Shown: positions 41,101 to 51,082 of the stretch, piece by piece
Layout of the letters: the number at the start of each line of letters is the position of its first letter
Numbering within the stretch: position 1 is the first letter of the stretch
Source: a virus
Reading direction: 5' to 3' (one strand)
DNA length: 64,000 nucleotides
IMG/VR virus record: IMGVR_UViG_3300023172_000011
Coordinates: 32,001-96,000 of that record
Translations under genes and position numbers: made by a program
The notes under the pieces: model-generated
The model's database searches: none
The model's input: only the letters and a program-made list of their open reading frames with translations
What the model was told of the DNA's origin: nothing

Positions 41101-41922
41101 AGGGCCAATATTTGGTGAGGCATCAATAACTTGATTGTAAAAACCAATAGCGTCAAAGTGATAGTAATAAGGTATACCTTCATCATCTCTAATGACATTA
41201 TAATTATGTCTACCAAACAGTAGATTTCCGCCATGCGTTCTTTGTCTCTGTTCTTCTGACAATGTTGGTAGATGATTAACGCCCATATGTAAAGCCCATA
41301 TCAGCTTTATTAAGGGGATACCGTCTGCACTTTTTCCGCTGTAACCAAAATCGCCGTATGAGTCTGTAGCGAATGGGACACGATAATTTGGATGATCATT
41401 TTCCAGAATACCCAAAACATTGATAAGATTAGAGACATTATGCCAATGATATTGTCCGGGACTGTTATCTACAGTAATTAGACTATTATTGTGTCCGAAG
41501 TCATAATAACTGGTTCCGCTAAAATCAGAATTTGCTTCTAAAGATCCGCCAAGTCCGGCAAATCCATCCATAATAACTTGGGTGGCATTTAAAATAGTTA
41601 GTGGACTTGTTAAGCTGACAGAGTATGTTTTGCTATTATTTGATGATCTACTAAAAGAATCAACTAAGCCAATATACTCAAATAGAACATTCCCGCTGGT
41701 ATCTTTAAGTTCAAATATATGAGGGCTTCCAAGAACTGGAATAACCAGTCTATCGCCATCGCCTTCATCTTCAATTAATCTAAAACTTAAACTACCAGCT
41801 TGAGATGACCAATCTGCTGAAACATTAAAGTCAACGACGGTACATCCAAATGCTTTGATAACGGCTAAGTCTGGAGCAGCTTGTGAAGATGTTGTTCCAA
41901 AAGGCTGAATGTCTGTCGGCAT
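38173..41922 (-). CDS. Baseplate hub/Tal-like tail protein
   Basis: 1249 aa, second gene after the tape measure. The N-terminal LSFRLIED...F.G.V.S and C-terminal GSFSIPGAP...VTDI...TTYTF patterns are hub-like. Confidence 0.55.
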   Translation of the reverse strand: MPTDIQPFGTTSSQAAPDLAVIKAFGCTVVDFNVSADWSSQAGSLSFRLIEDEGDGDRLVIPVLGSPHIFELKDTSGNVLFEYIGLVDSFSRSSNNSKTYSVSLTSPLTILNATQVIMDGFAGLGGSLEANSDFSGTSYYDFGHNNSLITVDNSPGQYHWHNVSNLINVLGILENDHPNYRVPFATDSYGDFGYSGKSADGIPLIKLIWALHMGVNHLPTLSEEQRQRTHGGNLLFGRHNYNVIRDDEGIPYYYHFDAIGFYNQVIDASPNIGPQFRVGGSSKSIAEIVSEICQEANLEYFCYIDLNKNTDIDGNPIGDPTLQEDDPNWTQNAICNWPLNNSKFTEEGGKYGGTIRIKVLNKNSFFNGSRPFSNIAYNIIGLEVPDIKDSYWTTQDGIHPGKRPVNNTDYGLADLNDTTYSDPLDSSGIDSADEGFTGVGTQSIANGGTFPVATGYWDSSKLSDLKIKNSDVSIKLNDLTTMKVVTGGYQTRLVSVPRKYLRQYWGDIIIPNASDPRETADTATDSLGLNETSTRKIPVITNMLDPRDVDDFILIDMRSDFAGLTVPGVFKNGIYAASMLEIRCAMTGKGSWDAFFNDYKSKKFINLREHFYPNCVVPPTGEDESSQEDKEESTKKQNAAGGIGYAGACDILGIGNLFTQSLTTQSIVTETYDPDGQPQPCLTEDGTEVPAATYIEKQLTGCDDDGNPVYSDVEVTGQCPPVLTCAFANAQIRDYILPLIYERVKTIGDTHYGKSWYAPVPYLKTIEDLNGDNLVGNFKRSWELTDSAYVEPSQYYARQIPQSNMFINDGKVSPFINYDHSFIGDGAGWDENYAADLKNLFNGANVKVFNFSEYNLDSLCITKYGSYSILHASPSNIENQYSFLPYGYDAIYTRASLPFSSIVTGHRRYFQEYSSSGLGPESVTKAGSTNTSNNLSNYTLNNGQCTPSVCRSIADGDPTPSGYFAYSGVIGIPRETQPEWLNAIVPALTSLEYSDNGRFCFPFVKFTTDRVFLPQPKPGLAQGKGLTNVPSADAFKRFIGATDVNAGDLDGCSTWETSYLAASGKARQYKITSDDVVENLQPFKVCVSPKSINYAQISTRYVYGPWMTSLPYVPFRGKIEYEQDESLVPENFLIPVGFGTFGSYDLSQTSGLTGMNLAAQGRANAIDDFALFAVEEGSFSIPGAPAITRIGDGLYGLQQVTDIKINVSSDQIDTTYTFKTISPRFGKNNRDIEKNITKISNKLKKLKLR

Positions 41923-43667
41923 TAAGAACTCCTCTCATAAGTCCATTCAATACTATAAGTATAACTTCTTGTTCTTGCGTCCCAGCTTTCATTTGGTGCT
42001 GAATGGAAGCATTTGCCAGCAGTCACATTAAGGTCATTTGCTGGATTCGCAGCTTGATAAATTTCATTAAGTTCGCCAGTATTAGTAATACTTGGTTTTT
42101 TATTAATTAACAAGTCTTTAAGGATATCTCTTCTTGTTAAAGCTCCACCCGTACCATCAGATAACGTTCCGCTTCCATTGACTTGATCCAGACTCCACGA
42201 TGGAGCCTGAGTACCCATTACAATATTAATAGATAAATTTCTTTTATATTCACTTCTTGAGTTAAGATATTGTAAAACTGGCTGGCTACGACCTATGACT
42301 GGAGTAACAGAGAAAATTTCTCCCGGATACGTATCGCTAATTTGAATACTTTCTGATACACTTCCCGGAACAAGATTTGGCGGTCTATCATCAAAATTAT
42401 ATGAATAAGAAATTGTTCCAGCGGCAAAATCTCTACCAACTGATCTACTTAATGCTTTTGGATGCAACCAGCTACCTGCTGGTAAAGCACCAAGTGCATG
42501 ATAATAAGCGACAGCGGGAACACCTGTTGAAATTGTTTCCCAATATCCAGATGCGTTTGTGTAAGCATTAGTTGAGATAGAGAAGCCATCAGCAGTATTT
42601 AACCCCTGAATATTTCCTTGTATACTAAATGTATTAGATTCATTTTCGCCAACATCTTGATTAATACTAATGGTTTCAATTACTGGATAGTTGCCGCTAT
42701 ATGCAGTATAGGTTTCAGTGAGACTATATGTTCCACCCTCTTTATCAACTGTTTCTTGATATACGGTGTTTCCAACAGAATAGCTATTGCCTAAATATTG
42801 TCTTAATTCAGATCTTATCTCTGGAATATATCCACTGCCAAGGCCAAGGTGTTCATAAATAAAACCGCTGGCCTGTTGCCACGGAGCTAATCCACTGACA
42901 TAAGCTCCGTCTTCATCATATACCGGAGATCCTACCGCAGAGATAGAACGGTTAATTGTATAAACTTTATTTGCACTTTGGAAAATTTTATGTCCATAAC
43001 TAGCGTCGGTGCCAAACTGCAATGTCTTCTGACCATCTTCTTGGATATCGAAGTTTTCAGTTAAACTAGAAATTTGATACTTCGGGGCATTTTCATTTGT
43101 ATAATCAGAAAACTCATTGAGATTTGCACTTGTTAGAAAGTTGCTCATCCTCATGTTTACTGTATAGCCGCCGGGATTAACGCCTCTCCCATCAGGATCA
43201 AAAGAAACATCATCCACAAAAGCATTAAAAGATAGGCCACTTCCTCCATAATCAGCGTCGTCCCATCCACGAATGGCAATTTTGATTGGGCGGGCAACTC
43301 CACTAACTAATGGATTACTAAATAACCATCGAACCTTTTCTTGTTTTCTAATTGTTGTATCTAAAAGATTAGCTTCAGTTAATGGGTGATTTTCAATACT
43401 ATCGCTATCAACTCCGCGATTACGGAATATCCCGTCAGCATCATCATCATTTTTTAACCATTCTACTGGAGATGCATCTCCGCTATAATATGGATTTCCA
43501 AGCATTGGAACTAACGTGCCCTGTAAAGAAACAGAGTAGTCAGCCCCAAACCCCGGACGACCTATATTATTATATGTTTGTTTATTGAAAGATACTAATG
43601 GAGCCGGAACCAGATAATAATCATATTCTGTTCCATTAGAATCTGCTTTTGTTATTATAACTGGCAT
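41922..43667 (-). CDS. Distal-tail-like structural protein
   Basis: Directly follows the tape measure gene (TAATG coupling); beta-rich. Confidence 0.55.
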   Translation of the reverse strand: MPVIITKADSNGTEYDYYLVPAPLVSFNKQTYNNIGRPGFGADYSVSLQGTLVPMLGNPYYSGDASPVEWLKNDDDADGIFRNRGVDSDSIENHPLTEANLLDTTIRKQEKVRWLFSNPLVSGVARPIKIAIRGWDDADYGGSGLSFNAFVDDVSFDPDGRGVNPGGYTVNMRMSNFLTSANLNEFSDYTNENAPKYQISSLTENFDIQEDGQKTLQFGTDASYGHKIFQSANKVYTINRSISAVGSPVYDEDGAYVSGLAPWQQASGFIYEHLGLGSGYIPEIRSELRQYLGNSYSVGNTVYQETVDKEGGTYSLTETYTAYSGNYPVIETISINQDVGENESNTFSIQGNIQGLNTADGFSISTNAYTNASGYWETISTGVPAVAYYHALGALPAGSWLHPKALSRSVGRDFAAGTISYSYNFDDRPPNLVPGSVSESIQISDTYPGEIFSVTPVIGRSQPVLQYLNSRSEYKRNLSINIVMGTQAPSWSLDQVNGSGTLSDGTGGALTRRDILKDLLINKKPSITNTGELNEIYQAANPANDLNVTAGKCFHSAPNESWDARTRSYTYSIEWTYERSS

Positions 43668-46600
43668 TATGGACTTACTCCTACTGTTTGAGTATTATTT
43701 GCCGCATCTTGCAATGCCAACGCAACACCTTCTGGAGATGTAGAACCGTCTATCTTGTCAGCAGCCGTCTTAAACACTGATGCAACTGCGGAATAAACCA
43801 TTCCCGTAATTTCTTTGCTGAAAGCAGCTTGAACGTCTGGCATAGCAATAGTAATTTGTTGTGATCCTGTTATTTCAAATTTAGGAATTTGTTCAACGGA
43901 AGATCCTCCCGCCGGTGTGGTAACTGAAGGAGTTAATCCCGCCACGGACTGAGGAGGAGAAGCAATAGCAGGCATGACACTTGGCCCCGGTGACACTGAC
44001 GGGGTGGTATTATTCACTCCCTGATCAATCGCCGTCGTCGTTTGCGGTGACACTGGCAAAGCGGAGGCTTGTGCTGCTTTTGCTTCCAAAGCCTCCAACT
44101 CTGCCTGTTTTGTGTGCATTGCATCAGATGCTGCCTGTCGGACTCTAGCTGCTTCTTTCTGTTGTCTAACTAGAGTCGCTCTCGTGTTACTTCCCTTACC
44201 GGAACGGGAACGCCGGACAGGCATTGAATTTAATTTCTTAGTTATGTTATGTTCATCTTGTGCTGCTTTTCCAGCCGCTGCCTTCGCTAATTGTACCTCT
44301 CTTCGTTTATCTGCTATTTTTTTCGTTAATTCAGGATCTTCTCCTTTTTCGGCTAGACCTTGTGCCTTCTTAGTAGCGTTAATCTGATTCTGTCTAGCAG
44401 CATTCATTCCATTAGCAATCGCGTCAGTCAGATCCTGACCTAACTTCTTCTCTAGATCAGCTACAGCGGTAGCAAATTGACTTACAATCCCAGCCATGTC
44501 TTTAGTATTTTGCAATTCCTGATTCAACTGTGCCTCTTTTAATGCTCTTTCTGACTCAAATAGTCTTTTAATAACCTCTTCTTGATTTTTAATACCTTCC
44601 GCTAATTTTTGATCAATCGGCACAGCTTTCTTAGCGGCTTTGGCGGCAAAGTCTGCTTTTTGAGATCTGCTGATCAGACCGGCACGTACAGCTTCCTCGG
44701 CGGCAATATCTCCCTTAACCTGAGCACCTGTTCTACCGCCAAATTGTGCTAGACGAACATCTGAAAATTGATCTAAGAACGAAGATACTTGACCACGCAT
44801 TTCTCCACTAAGACCAGCAAGACTTCCTTGTGAAGCCGCCATTTGTGCAGCGTTTGCACTTCTTAATAGATCCCCACGCTGTTCATCCGTGCCAAATGCA
44901 AACTGATTAACTAGATCGCCCTGTGCATCGCGTAGAGCCTGTGTTGCGTCACGTTGAGCAATAGCCTGTTCACGTAAAGCATCGAGCTTAGTCTTTTCTG
45001 CATCAATCTGATCGTTAATTATCTTTAAATATTCTGGACCAACTTGTTTAAGTTTCTTTGCGTCAGCAACAATTACTGCAACATCTGCTGCTATCTCGTT
45101 CTCAGCCGAGGCTCCAAAACCAAACATTGCTGCGATAGTCCCAGCAGCTTGCTGCCCCGGACGGACATCCGCACGAAAGCCAAATGATCGCCTAGCCTGT
45201 GCAACTCTACCTGCTTGTTCTTCAGCAAATTTAATATTTCTAGCAGCAGATGCTTTTCTACCTCTTGTTGTTTGATCTACATCAAAAAAGTCTTGACTTT
45301 CTTTAATAAGAGACGCTATCTTCATGCTAGATTCTTTTTGAATATCATATAGCTGCTTTGCATCTGCAACACGCTTGGCAGCTACTTCAAGCTCTTTGTC
45401 CTGAAGCTCCTGTCGTTTTTCCTGTAGCTTTTCAATGTTTTCCTTTTGTTCCTCAAAAAATCTAGCAGCGGTTTCTCCAAGCTGTTTCTTTACCTCATCA
45501 GCAGCAACGGTGGCATCTAAACTACTGGCAAGTTTTCTAGCGTATTCAAGCAGTCCAGCTTCCAATTCTGTACTTACATTGCCGCCCAACTGTTTGATCA
45601 ATTCGTCTTTTAGGGCTGTGATTTCAGTGTCTGCCAGCCCCTCGGCAACTTTGCCCTTATCATCTGCTGTAGTGCTAACTCTTGCTGCTTTTTGTGCAGC
45701 AAGGACTTTTTCGGTAACAGATTGATTTGTTGTCAATATGTTTTCTAACTTATCAATAGCTGCAAATTCATTTTGTGTTCTTCTTAGAAAATCTTGCCTA
45801 CCAGTGCCTAAATTATTTGCTGCGGCAGTTCTGTTAATAGACTGAAGCATTTCTTCAAAAGCGGTACTGTCGCGAAGTATCTGTTCACCACTCATACCCA
45901 TTGTACGAGTAGAAATACCAGTTCCGGCCAATGCGTCTTCATTAGTTAATTGTCCAGTACCTATTTTACTAAACTTATCAGAAAGATTTGAAAATTCTGA
46001 AATAGTGTTATTAATACTATCTTGACTTTCCTGCCATGATCTATTAAGTTCAATAATAGTACGTATTCTTTCGGCCTCGATCTGCCTCTCTTTATTTAGA
46101 GCTGCCTGCTGAGCGATTTGTTGCTGAAGTTGTGCTATTAACTGTTTATTTTGTTCTGCGGATTTCTTCTTTTCTTCCAGTTCTTTCTTCTCCATTTCCA
46201 ATCTAGCCTTAGCCTGTTTAGAAGCATTCTTAGTCCAAGGAAACCATCTAGTTTCTATATCAGCGGCCTGATCAGATATGGCTTGATTTTGCATTTCTAT
46301 TGCTGCCGCCGCCTCCTCTGCTGCGACTTTTTGTTTTTGATATATTGCTTCTACATCTGCTGCACTTGAAACATCTACATCGCCAAACATATCAGCAAAT
46401 GCTTCATCTCCAAACTGATCTTTTAATTGTGCAAAAGCGTCTTCGTATGTTCCACCAGCAGCAATCACCTTAACAGCCGCTGAAGTCATTTCATTAGCCA
46501 CCTGTAGCTGTATATCTCTTTGTGCTTGCCCCGCCGCTTGAATGGCTTTTCCGGCTTCTTCATAACCTTCTATAATCGCCTTATGGCTTTTGCCCAGAGA

Positions 46601-49600
46601 TGATTTTAAGGCCATTGCACCGCCAATTAGACCACCAGCCACGGCTCCAATACCTGTTCCAATAATGGGAACAAAGCTTCCTATTGCTGCTCCAGCTATA
46701 GCACCACCAGCAGCTCCAGCAAGAGCATCTGCCCCTGCTTGTTTTCCAGCACTAGCTTCAGCTAATTTTGTTTTTGTTGTATCTATTTTAGATCGAGTGT
46801 TAGAAATAGCTCCTTTAGCTTCACTATAAGCCGCTTTAAATTCTCCCCTATCTCCACGAATGAAAGCATCATTGATGCTTTTACTAGATGACACCATCTT
46901 TTTATCTAGGGCAACCACAGACGCTTGCATTTCAGCAGTTGCTTTAACAACTCCGCCAATGCTAGTTTCCCAAACTGGTAAAAGCGACTGCACTGCGGAA
47001 AGAAATCCTCCAATAACTGGAATGCCTCTCAACATGGACTGATTATATTCGTTAAGTGCTGCAACGCCAGCAGCTTGAGCATCTCCTAGTTCAATTGCTT
47101 GTTCTTTTTGCTTTCCATAGTCTTGACTAAATAATGAATCTGCAAAGCCTCCTACTAATTCAGCCCACATAGCTACATTAAGACCTTTAGCCAGTCCTGC
47201 CGCACCTTTGACAATCGCAGTAGAATTTTTACTTATTCCAACTGCTAAGCCCTGCAAAGGCTTACCAACTTTGTTTGGCAGTTTTTTCCCAACATCAAAC
47301 AAGGTTCTACTAAATGCTTTCACGTTATTTTTGTCAACCCTGCCTAATATATCAGCCGTTCCTCCAAATTTACCCGCTTTAACTTGAGCAGTATCCAATG
47401 CTGCTTGATTGAGATTAAGGCCAGCAAAGTTTTTCAAACCTGAAGTAAGTGCGGCAAATCCAAAGATAACTTGAGCACTATTTAGGCTTAGCTTTTTAGC
47501 CGCCTCGGCGGCTTTGTCCTGAGCGTCTGCCGCTTTCTTTCCAGATTGCTCAACTTTAATCAAGGCATAACCAGATTTGCTTGCCGCATCAACTAAACCC
47601 TCTACTTTCGTGGTGGCTAATTCAGTAGCCTCAGCCTCTGCTTTCTTAGCAACAATAAGTCCTCCACCGACCCCGCCGCCTCCAGCACCACCGCCGCCTC
47701 CAGCACCACCGCCGCCTCCAGCACCACCGCCAATACCAGCAGAAATTCTTTCTAAAGCCGCGTTCATTTTTTCAAGACGCTTATTTGCTATGTCTCTTAC
47801 TCTTATATCATCTTTGAAGGTTTTATCATCTCCACCCGCTCTATCTGGATGTGATCTAATATAGGCAACTTTATTTAATTTAACAAGTTCTTGCAATAAT
47901 TTAATTTGCTGCTTAATAGCATCAGCGTCGGATGTATCTATTTGAGTCCTCTTGTCTCCCTGATTTGTCAGTTTAAGAAGTTCACTTATTCTTCCTCTAT
48001 CAACTTCGCCACCTCCCGCAAATCTTTGTACAATGCCTCCTTTAGCATACTTATTAATGTTTTTGAGATTGTTATAACCATAAGCCTGAGCAGACTTTTT
48101 ATTGACAACAAATTCACCGGGAGTTAAGAGTGCGGGAACAGTATCGGTTCCTGCACCAGAAATTGAACCTCCAACATTTTTTTCTTGTATATATTGACCA
48201 AGGTCTTCCAAGTCCCATGTAAATCTTTCATCCGATCCTTTTTCCATAATAGCAACACCAAAATTTTTCTTTCCGGGCGTCCGCTTTCGTCCATCCCCTG
48301 ATAAAAATCTTGCAATTTTACTTAATATGTTTGCTCGCTCGGGTCTAGTTTTTTTGGCATCAGTTGGCATAGCACCTCTACCAACTAAATTAAAATAGCT
48401 ATTTTTAAGGCCGGTAGGAAAATCAAATGGTTTTAATGGATCATCATTGTCGGTAAAATTACCACCAGAAGCTCTTGATAAAGCCGCTTCAAATAATACC
48501 CCAACAACTGATTCATATTGAGGTATATTTTTAATAGTTCCTCTAACTTTTTTTGAATCCTTATTCATAGACTTTGCTAAATCATTTACTGCTTTAGCCA
48601 TACCAGCGTTTAATGTGTCTTCTGCAATACCGTCCCTCTGTGGTCTATCATAGATAATCTCTCCACCATCCGCATAACGATTTATCTTGCCCAAATTAGC
48701 AGCACCAAATGCCTGCACAGCACTTTTTCTAACTACAAACTCTCCCGGCGTCAGCATAGCTGGGACCGTATCACCATTGCCACTTCCCGGAACAATACCC
48801 CCTCTAGCAAATCCTTTAGGAGCTACAGCAGCCTCTTTCAATCCCTTTAAACTAAACCCTCCTGAAATAAGAGTTCCTAAACCTTTGCCAATCTTAAATG
48901 CCGTCAGAGTGGCTAAAATAGGAAGTAATGGCTTAAACGCAGCCGTTAAGCGAATCACAGTTCTAGCAATTGATATAAAGGTTTCAGCAAGAAACTTGAA
49001 CGAGCTAGAGTCAACAAATTCGGCAATTAATGCACCAAATTCTTGACGCAACACTCCTAATTGGAAGCCAAGACCCTGTTGTGCCTTTTCTATGTCTTTG
49101 GTGCTTTCAGCACTAGCTTGGTTTTGTAGATCTAATGCTCTTTGTGATTTATTAAATTGTTCGAGCAATGGCACCACTTTAGATAGCTGTCGAATACCAC
49201 CAATTTGTTCTACGACCTGTGCAAACTGAACAGAGCCTGCACGAATGCCAAGTTCGTCTAACCCCTCGCTAATTCGTTTGATGGCCTCATATGGCCCAAT
49301 GAATTGACCTTCGGCAGTTTGTAACTGAATACCTAATTCCTTAAAGTATTCAATAGTTTTAGGTCTCTGTAAACGACCAAAAATAGTACGGAAACCAGTA
49401 GCAATAGTTTCAGCACTTTCACGAGAAGTAGATCTAACAGATGTGAACAATGCAATCAGTTCTTCAACATTACCACCCGCCGCACTAAATGCACCACCAG
49501 TTCTTCTAATTGCTTCAACAATGTCTCCAGATTCAACAGCAAACCTTTTTGAAACAATGTTAATTTCTTCAAGTACTTTTGAACTAGAAGATACCGTAAG

Positions 49601-50185
49601 GTTAAACGTCTGCATAACAGCAATCAAACCTTCAGTAGTAGATGTTAAGTTATCAAAAGATGCTAACAAGCTAGTTCTAGCAAGTAATTCAGCACCCTTA
49701 GCGGCTTCTCTAAAAGAAAGGCCGGTCTGAGTTAAAGTTCTAGTTAACTGTGCAATCTTAGTAATATTAACATTATAGGTCTTTGAGATATTGAGTAGTT
49801 CTTTACCATATTCTTTAGTTTGAGAGATAGTATCTCCGGTAACTTGAGATATTTTAATTAACTCGGTCTCATATTTAACGGCTTCTCTAGTAGCTTGTGC
49901 CACAGCACCAGTTAATTTGAGAACTGCTGTGCTGATTGCCGTAAAAGTGGCATAATTAGCGGCTCTGCCAGTGAGAGCTTGAAAAAAAGATTCACTGGCT
50001 TTCTCGCCTTTTTTTAAATTGTTCCTAGTTTTTTCGATTTCACTATTGGCTTTGGCAAACCCTTTAGTGTCTAAACCACCAATATTTATGCCGCCAAGAC
50101 CAGCCTCTATCTGCTTCTTAACGCGACTTATGTTAGCACCAGATGGTGCTTGCATATTCATCTGCATATTGAAATCGTAAGCCAT
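43667..50185 (-). CDS. Tail tape measure protein
   Basis: 2172 aa, Ala/Lys/Glu helical; TP901-type core (EAIRRTGG...ELIALFTSVR...IATGFRTI..RL); two DTVPA.LTPGEFVV motifs; position after the tube and chaperone genes. Confidence 0.9.
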   Translation of the reverse strand: MAYDFNMQMNMQAPSGANISRVKKQIEAGLGGINIGGLDTKGFAKANSEIEKTRNNLKKGEKASESFFQALTGRAANYATFTAISTAVLKLTGAVAQATREAVKYETELIKISQVTGDTISQTKEYGKELLNISKTYNVNITKIAQLTRTLTQTGLSFREAAKGAELLARTSLLASFDNLTSTTEGLIAVMQTFNLTVSSSSKVLEEINIVSKRFAVESGDIVEAIRRTGGAFSAAGGNVEELIALFTSVRSTSRESAETIATGFRTIFGRLQRPKTIEYFKELGIQLQTAEGQFIGPYEAIKRISEGLDELGIRAGSVQFAQVVEQIGGIRQLSKVVPLLEQFNKSQRALDLQNQASAESTKDIEKAQQGLGFQLGVLRQEFGALIAEFVDSSSFKFLAETFISIARTVIRLTAAFKPLLPILATLTAFKIGKGLGTLISGGFSLKGLKEAAVAPKGFARGGIVPGSGNGDTVPAMLTPGEFVVRKSAVQAFGAANLGKINRYADGGEIIYDRPQRDGIAEDTLNAGMAKAVNDLAKSMNKDSKKVRGTIKNIPQYESVVGVLFEAALSRASGGNFTDNDDPLKPFDFPTGLKNSYFNLVGRGAMPTDAKKTRPERANILSKIARFLSGDGRKRTPGKKNFGVAIMEKGSDERFTWDLEDLGQYIQEKNVGGSISGAGTDTVPALLTPGEFVVNKKSAQAYGYNNLKNINKYAKGGIVQRFAGGGEVDRGRISELLKLTNQGDKRTQIDTSDADAIKQQIKLLQELVKLNKVAYIRSHPDRAGGDDKTFKDDIRVRDIANKRLEKMNAALERISAGIGGGAGGGGGAGGGGGAGGGGVGGGLIVAKKAEAEATELATTKVEGLVDAASKSGYALIKVEQSGKKAADAQDKAAEAAKKLSLNSAQVIFGFAALTSGLKNFAGLNLNQAALDTAQVKAGKFGGTADILGRVDKNNVKAFSRTLFDVGKKLPNKVGKPLQGLAVGISKNSTAIVKGAAGLAKGLNVAMWAELVGGFADSLFSQDYGKQKEQAIELGDAQAAGVAALNEYNQSMLRGIPVIGGFLSAVQSLLPVWETSIGGVVKATAEMQASVVALDKKMVSSSKSINDAFIRGDRGEFKAAYSEAKGAISNTRSKIDTTKTKLAEASAGKQAGADALAGAAGGAIAGAAIGSFVPIIGTGIGAVAGGLIGGAMALKSSLGKSHKAIIEGYEEAGKAIQAAGQAQRDIQLQVANEMTSAAVKVIAAGGTYEDAFAQLKDQFGDEAFADMFGDVDVSSAADVEAIYQKQKVAAEEAAAAIEMQNQAISDQAADIETRWFPWTKNASKQAKARLEMEKKELEEKKKSAEQNKQLIAQLQQQIAQQAALNKERQIEAERIRTIIELNRSWQESQDSINNTISEFSNLSDKFSKIGTGQLTNEDALAGTGISTRTMGMSGEQILRDSTAFEEMLQSINRTAAANNLGTGRQDFLRRTQNEFAAIDKLENILTTNQSVTEKVLAAQKAARVSTTADDKGKVAEGLADTEITALKDELIKQLGGNVSTELEAGLLEYARKLASSLDATVAADEVKKQLGETAARFFEEQKENIEKLQEKRQELQDKELEVAAKRVADAKQLYDIQKESSMKIASLIKESQDFFDVDQTTRGRKASAARNIKFAEEQAGRVAQARRSFGFRADVRPGQQAAGTIAAMFGFGASAENEIAADVAVIVADAKKLKQVGPEYLKIINDQIDAEKTKLDALREQAIAQRDATQALRDAQGDLVNQFAFGTDEQRGDLLRSANAAQMAASQGSLAGLSGEMRGQVSSFLDQFSDVRLAQFGGRTGAQVKGDIAAEEAVRAGLISRSQKADFAAKAAKKAVPIDQKLAEGIKNQEEVIKRLFESERALKEAQLNQELQNTKDMAGIVSQFATAVADLEKKLGQDLTDAIANGMNAARQNQINATKKAQGLAEKGEDPELTKKIADKRREVQLAKAAAGKAAQDEHNITKKLNSMPVRRSRSGKGSNTRATLVRQQKEAARVRQAASDAMHTKQAELEALEAKAAQASALPVSPQTTTAIDQGVNNTTPSVSPGPSVMPAIASPPQSVAGLTPSVTTPAGGSSVEQIPKFEITGSQQITIAMPDVQAAFSKEITGMVYSAVASVFKTAADKIDGSTSPEGVALALQDAANNTQTVGVSP
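47673..47731. repeat. 18-bp tandem repeat (CCGCCGCCTCCAGCACCA, about 3 copies) encoding a GGGGGA hinge in the tape measure protein
   Basis: Directly visible tandem units. Confidence 0.85.
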
Positions 50186-50196
50186 TTATCTGCCTA

Positions 50197-51072
50197 TCAT
50201 GCTGTTGCTTCTTCAGCCGCTGCTACTTCTTCTTTTTTTTTAGCACGCTTAGCTGAAGATGCTCGGGATTTGCTAGCTGGTTTGACATCCTCTACGGCAT
50301 TGTCCAAATCATCTTCAAATTCTAGACTATCAATAACATCATCTTCTAAAACTGGATTATTATTAATGTCAATGCGGTTGCCTTCTTTGTCAATTCTGGC
50401 ACCGTCTTTGTCAAGCAAGTTACCCTCTATATCTACTCTATGGCCTTGCTTATTTATTAGCTGGCCTTTATCATTAAGTAAACCTAGCTTATCAAGTACT
50501 CTATTTTCTAATAGCTTATCTTCGTAGTTATCGTCTAGACCATAAGCAAAGTTGGCATATTCTTCAGCACATTTGATGGCTAATTCAGAATCCGCCTGCT
50601 CTATATATTCCTCTAAAGAAGAGAAGACTCGCTTTTGTGTTTCATAGTCAATAACAGATGCGGTGATTAGATAGAAGAATCTTTGATTATCTGCAATACC
50701 ATCAGCGGTTGCAGAGTCCATTGAATTTCTTACCATAAGCAAAGACGCAAGCTCAGAGCGAATTCTTTTAAGTTCAAAGCTCTTATCTTTAAGCTGAGAA
50801 GCTAGCTTATATTGCCCGCTTTTAATTTTATATTCGATCTCCGCACTTTTCTTAATAAGGCGGTCGTATTCTTCTTGCTTGTCATCATCCCATAAGCCCT
50901 GACGACGCATATGATCCTCAAGACTTTTCTTGAGAATAGCACCTTCTTCTATTGCTTTCTTGAAGGCTTTATTGTACACTTTCTGTGCCTCAACAACATC
51001 GGCGGCACTTGCTGGCCTAACAATGTAGTCCTTGTCTTTAAATGTAAAACGTTTTTCATCTTTCTTAGCCAT
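50197..51072 (-). CDS. Putative tail assembly chaperone
   Basis: Lies between the tube and TMP genes; start MAKK after GGAGG; contains 7-aa D/N-x-x-G-x-x-I/L repeats. Confidence 0.5.
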   Translation of the reverse strand: MAKKDEKRFTFKDKDYIVRPASAADVVEAQKVYNKAFKKAIEEGAILKKSLEDHMRRQGLWDDDKQEEYDRLIKKSAEIEYKIKSGQYKLASQLKDKSFELKRIRSELASLLMVRNSMDSATADGIADNQRFFYLITASVIDYETQKRVFSSLEEYIEQADSELAIKCAEEYANFAYGLDDNYEDKLLENRVLDKLGLLNDKGQLINKQGHRVDIEGNLLDKDGARIDKEGNRIDINNNPVLEDDVIDSLEFEDDLDNAVEDVKPASKSRASSAKRAKKKEEVAAAEEATA

Positions 51073-51082
51073 TGTTTCCCTC

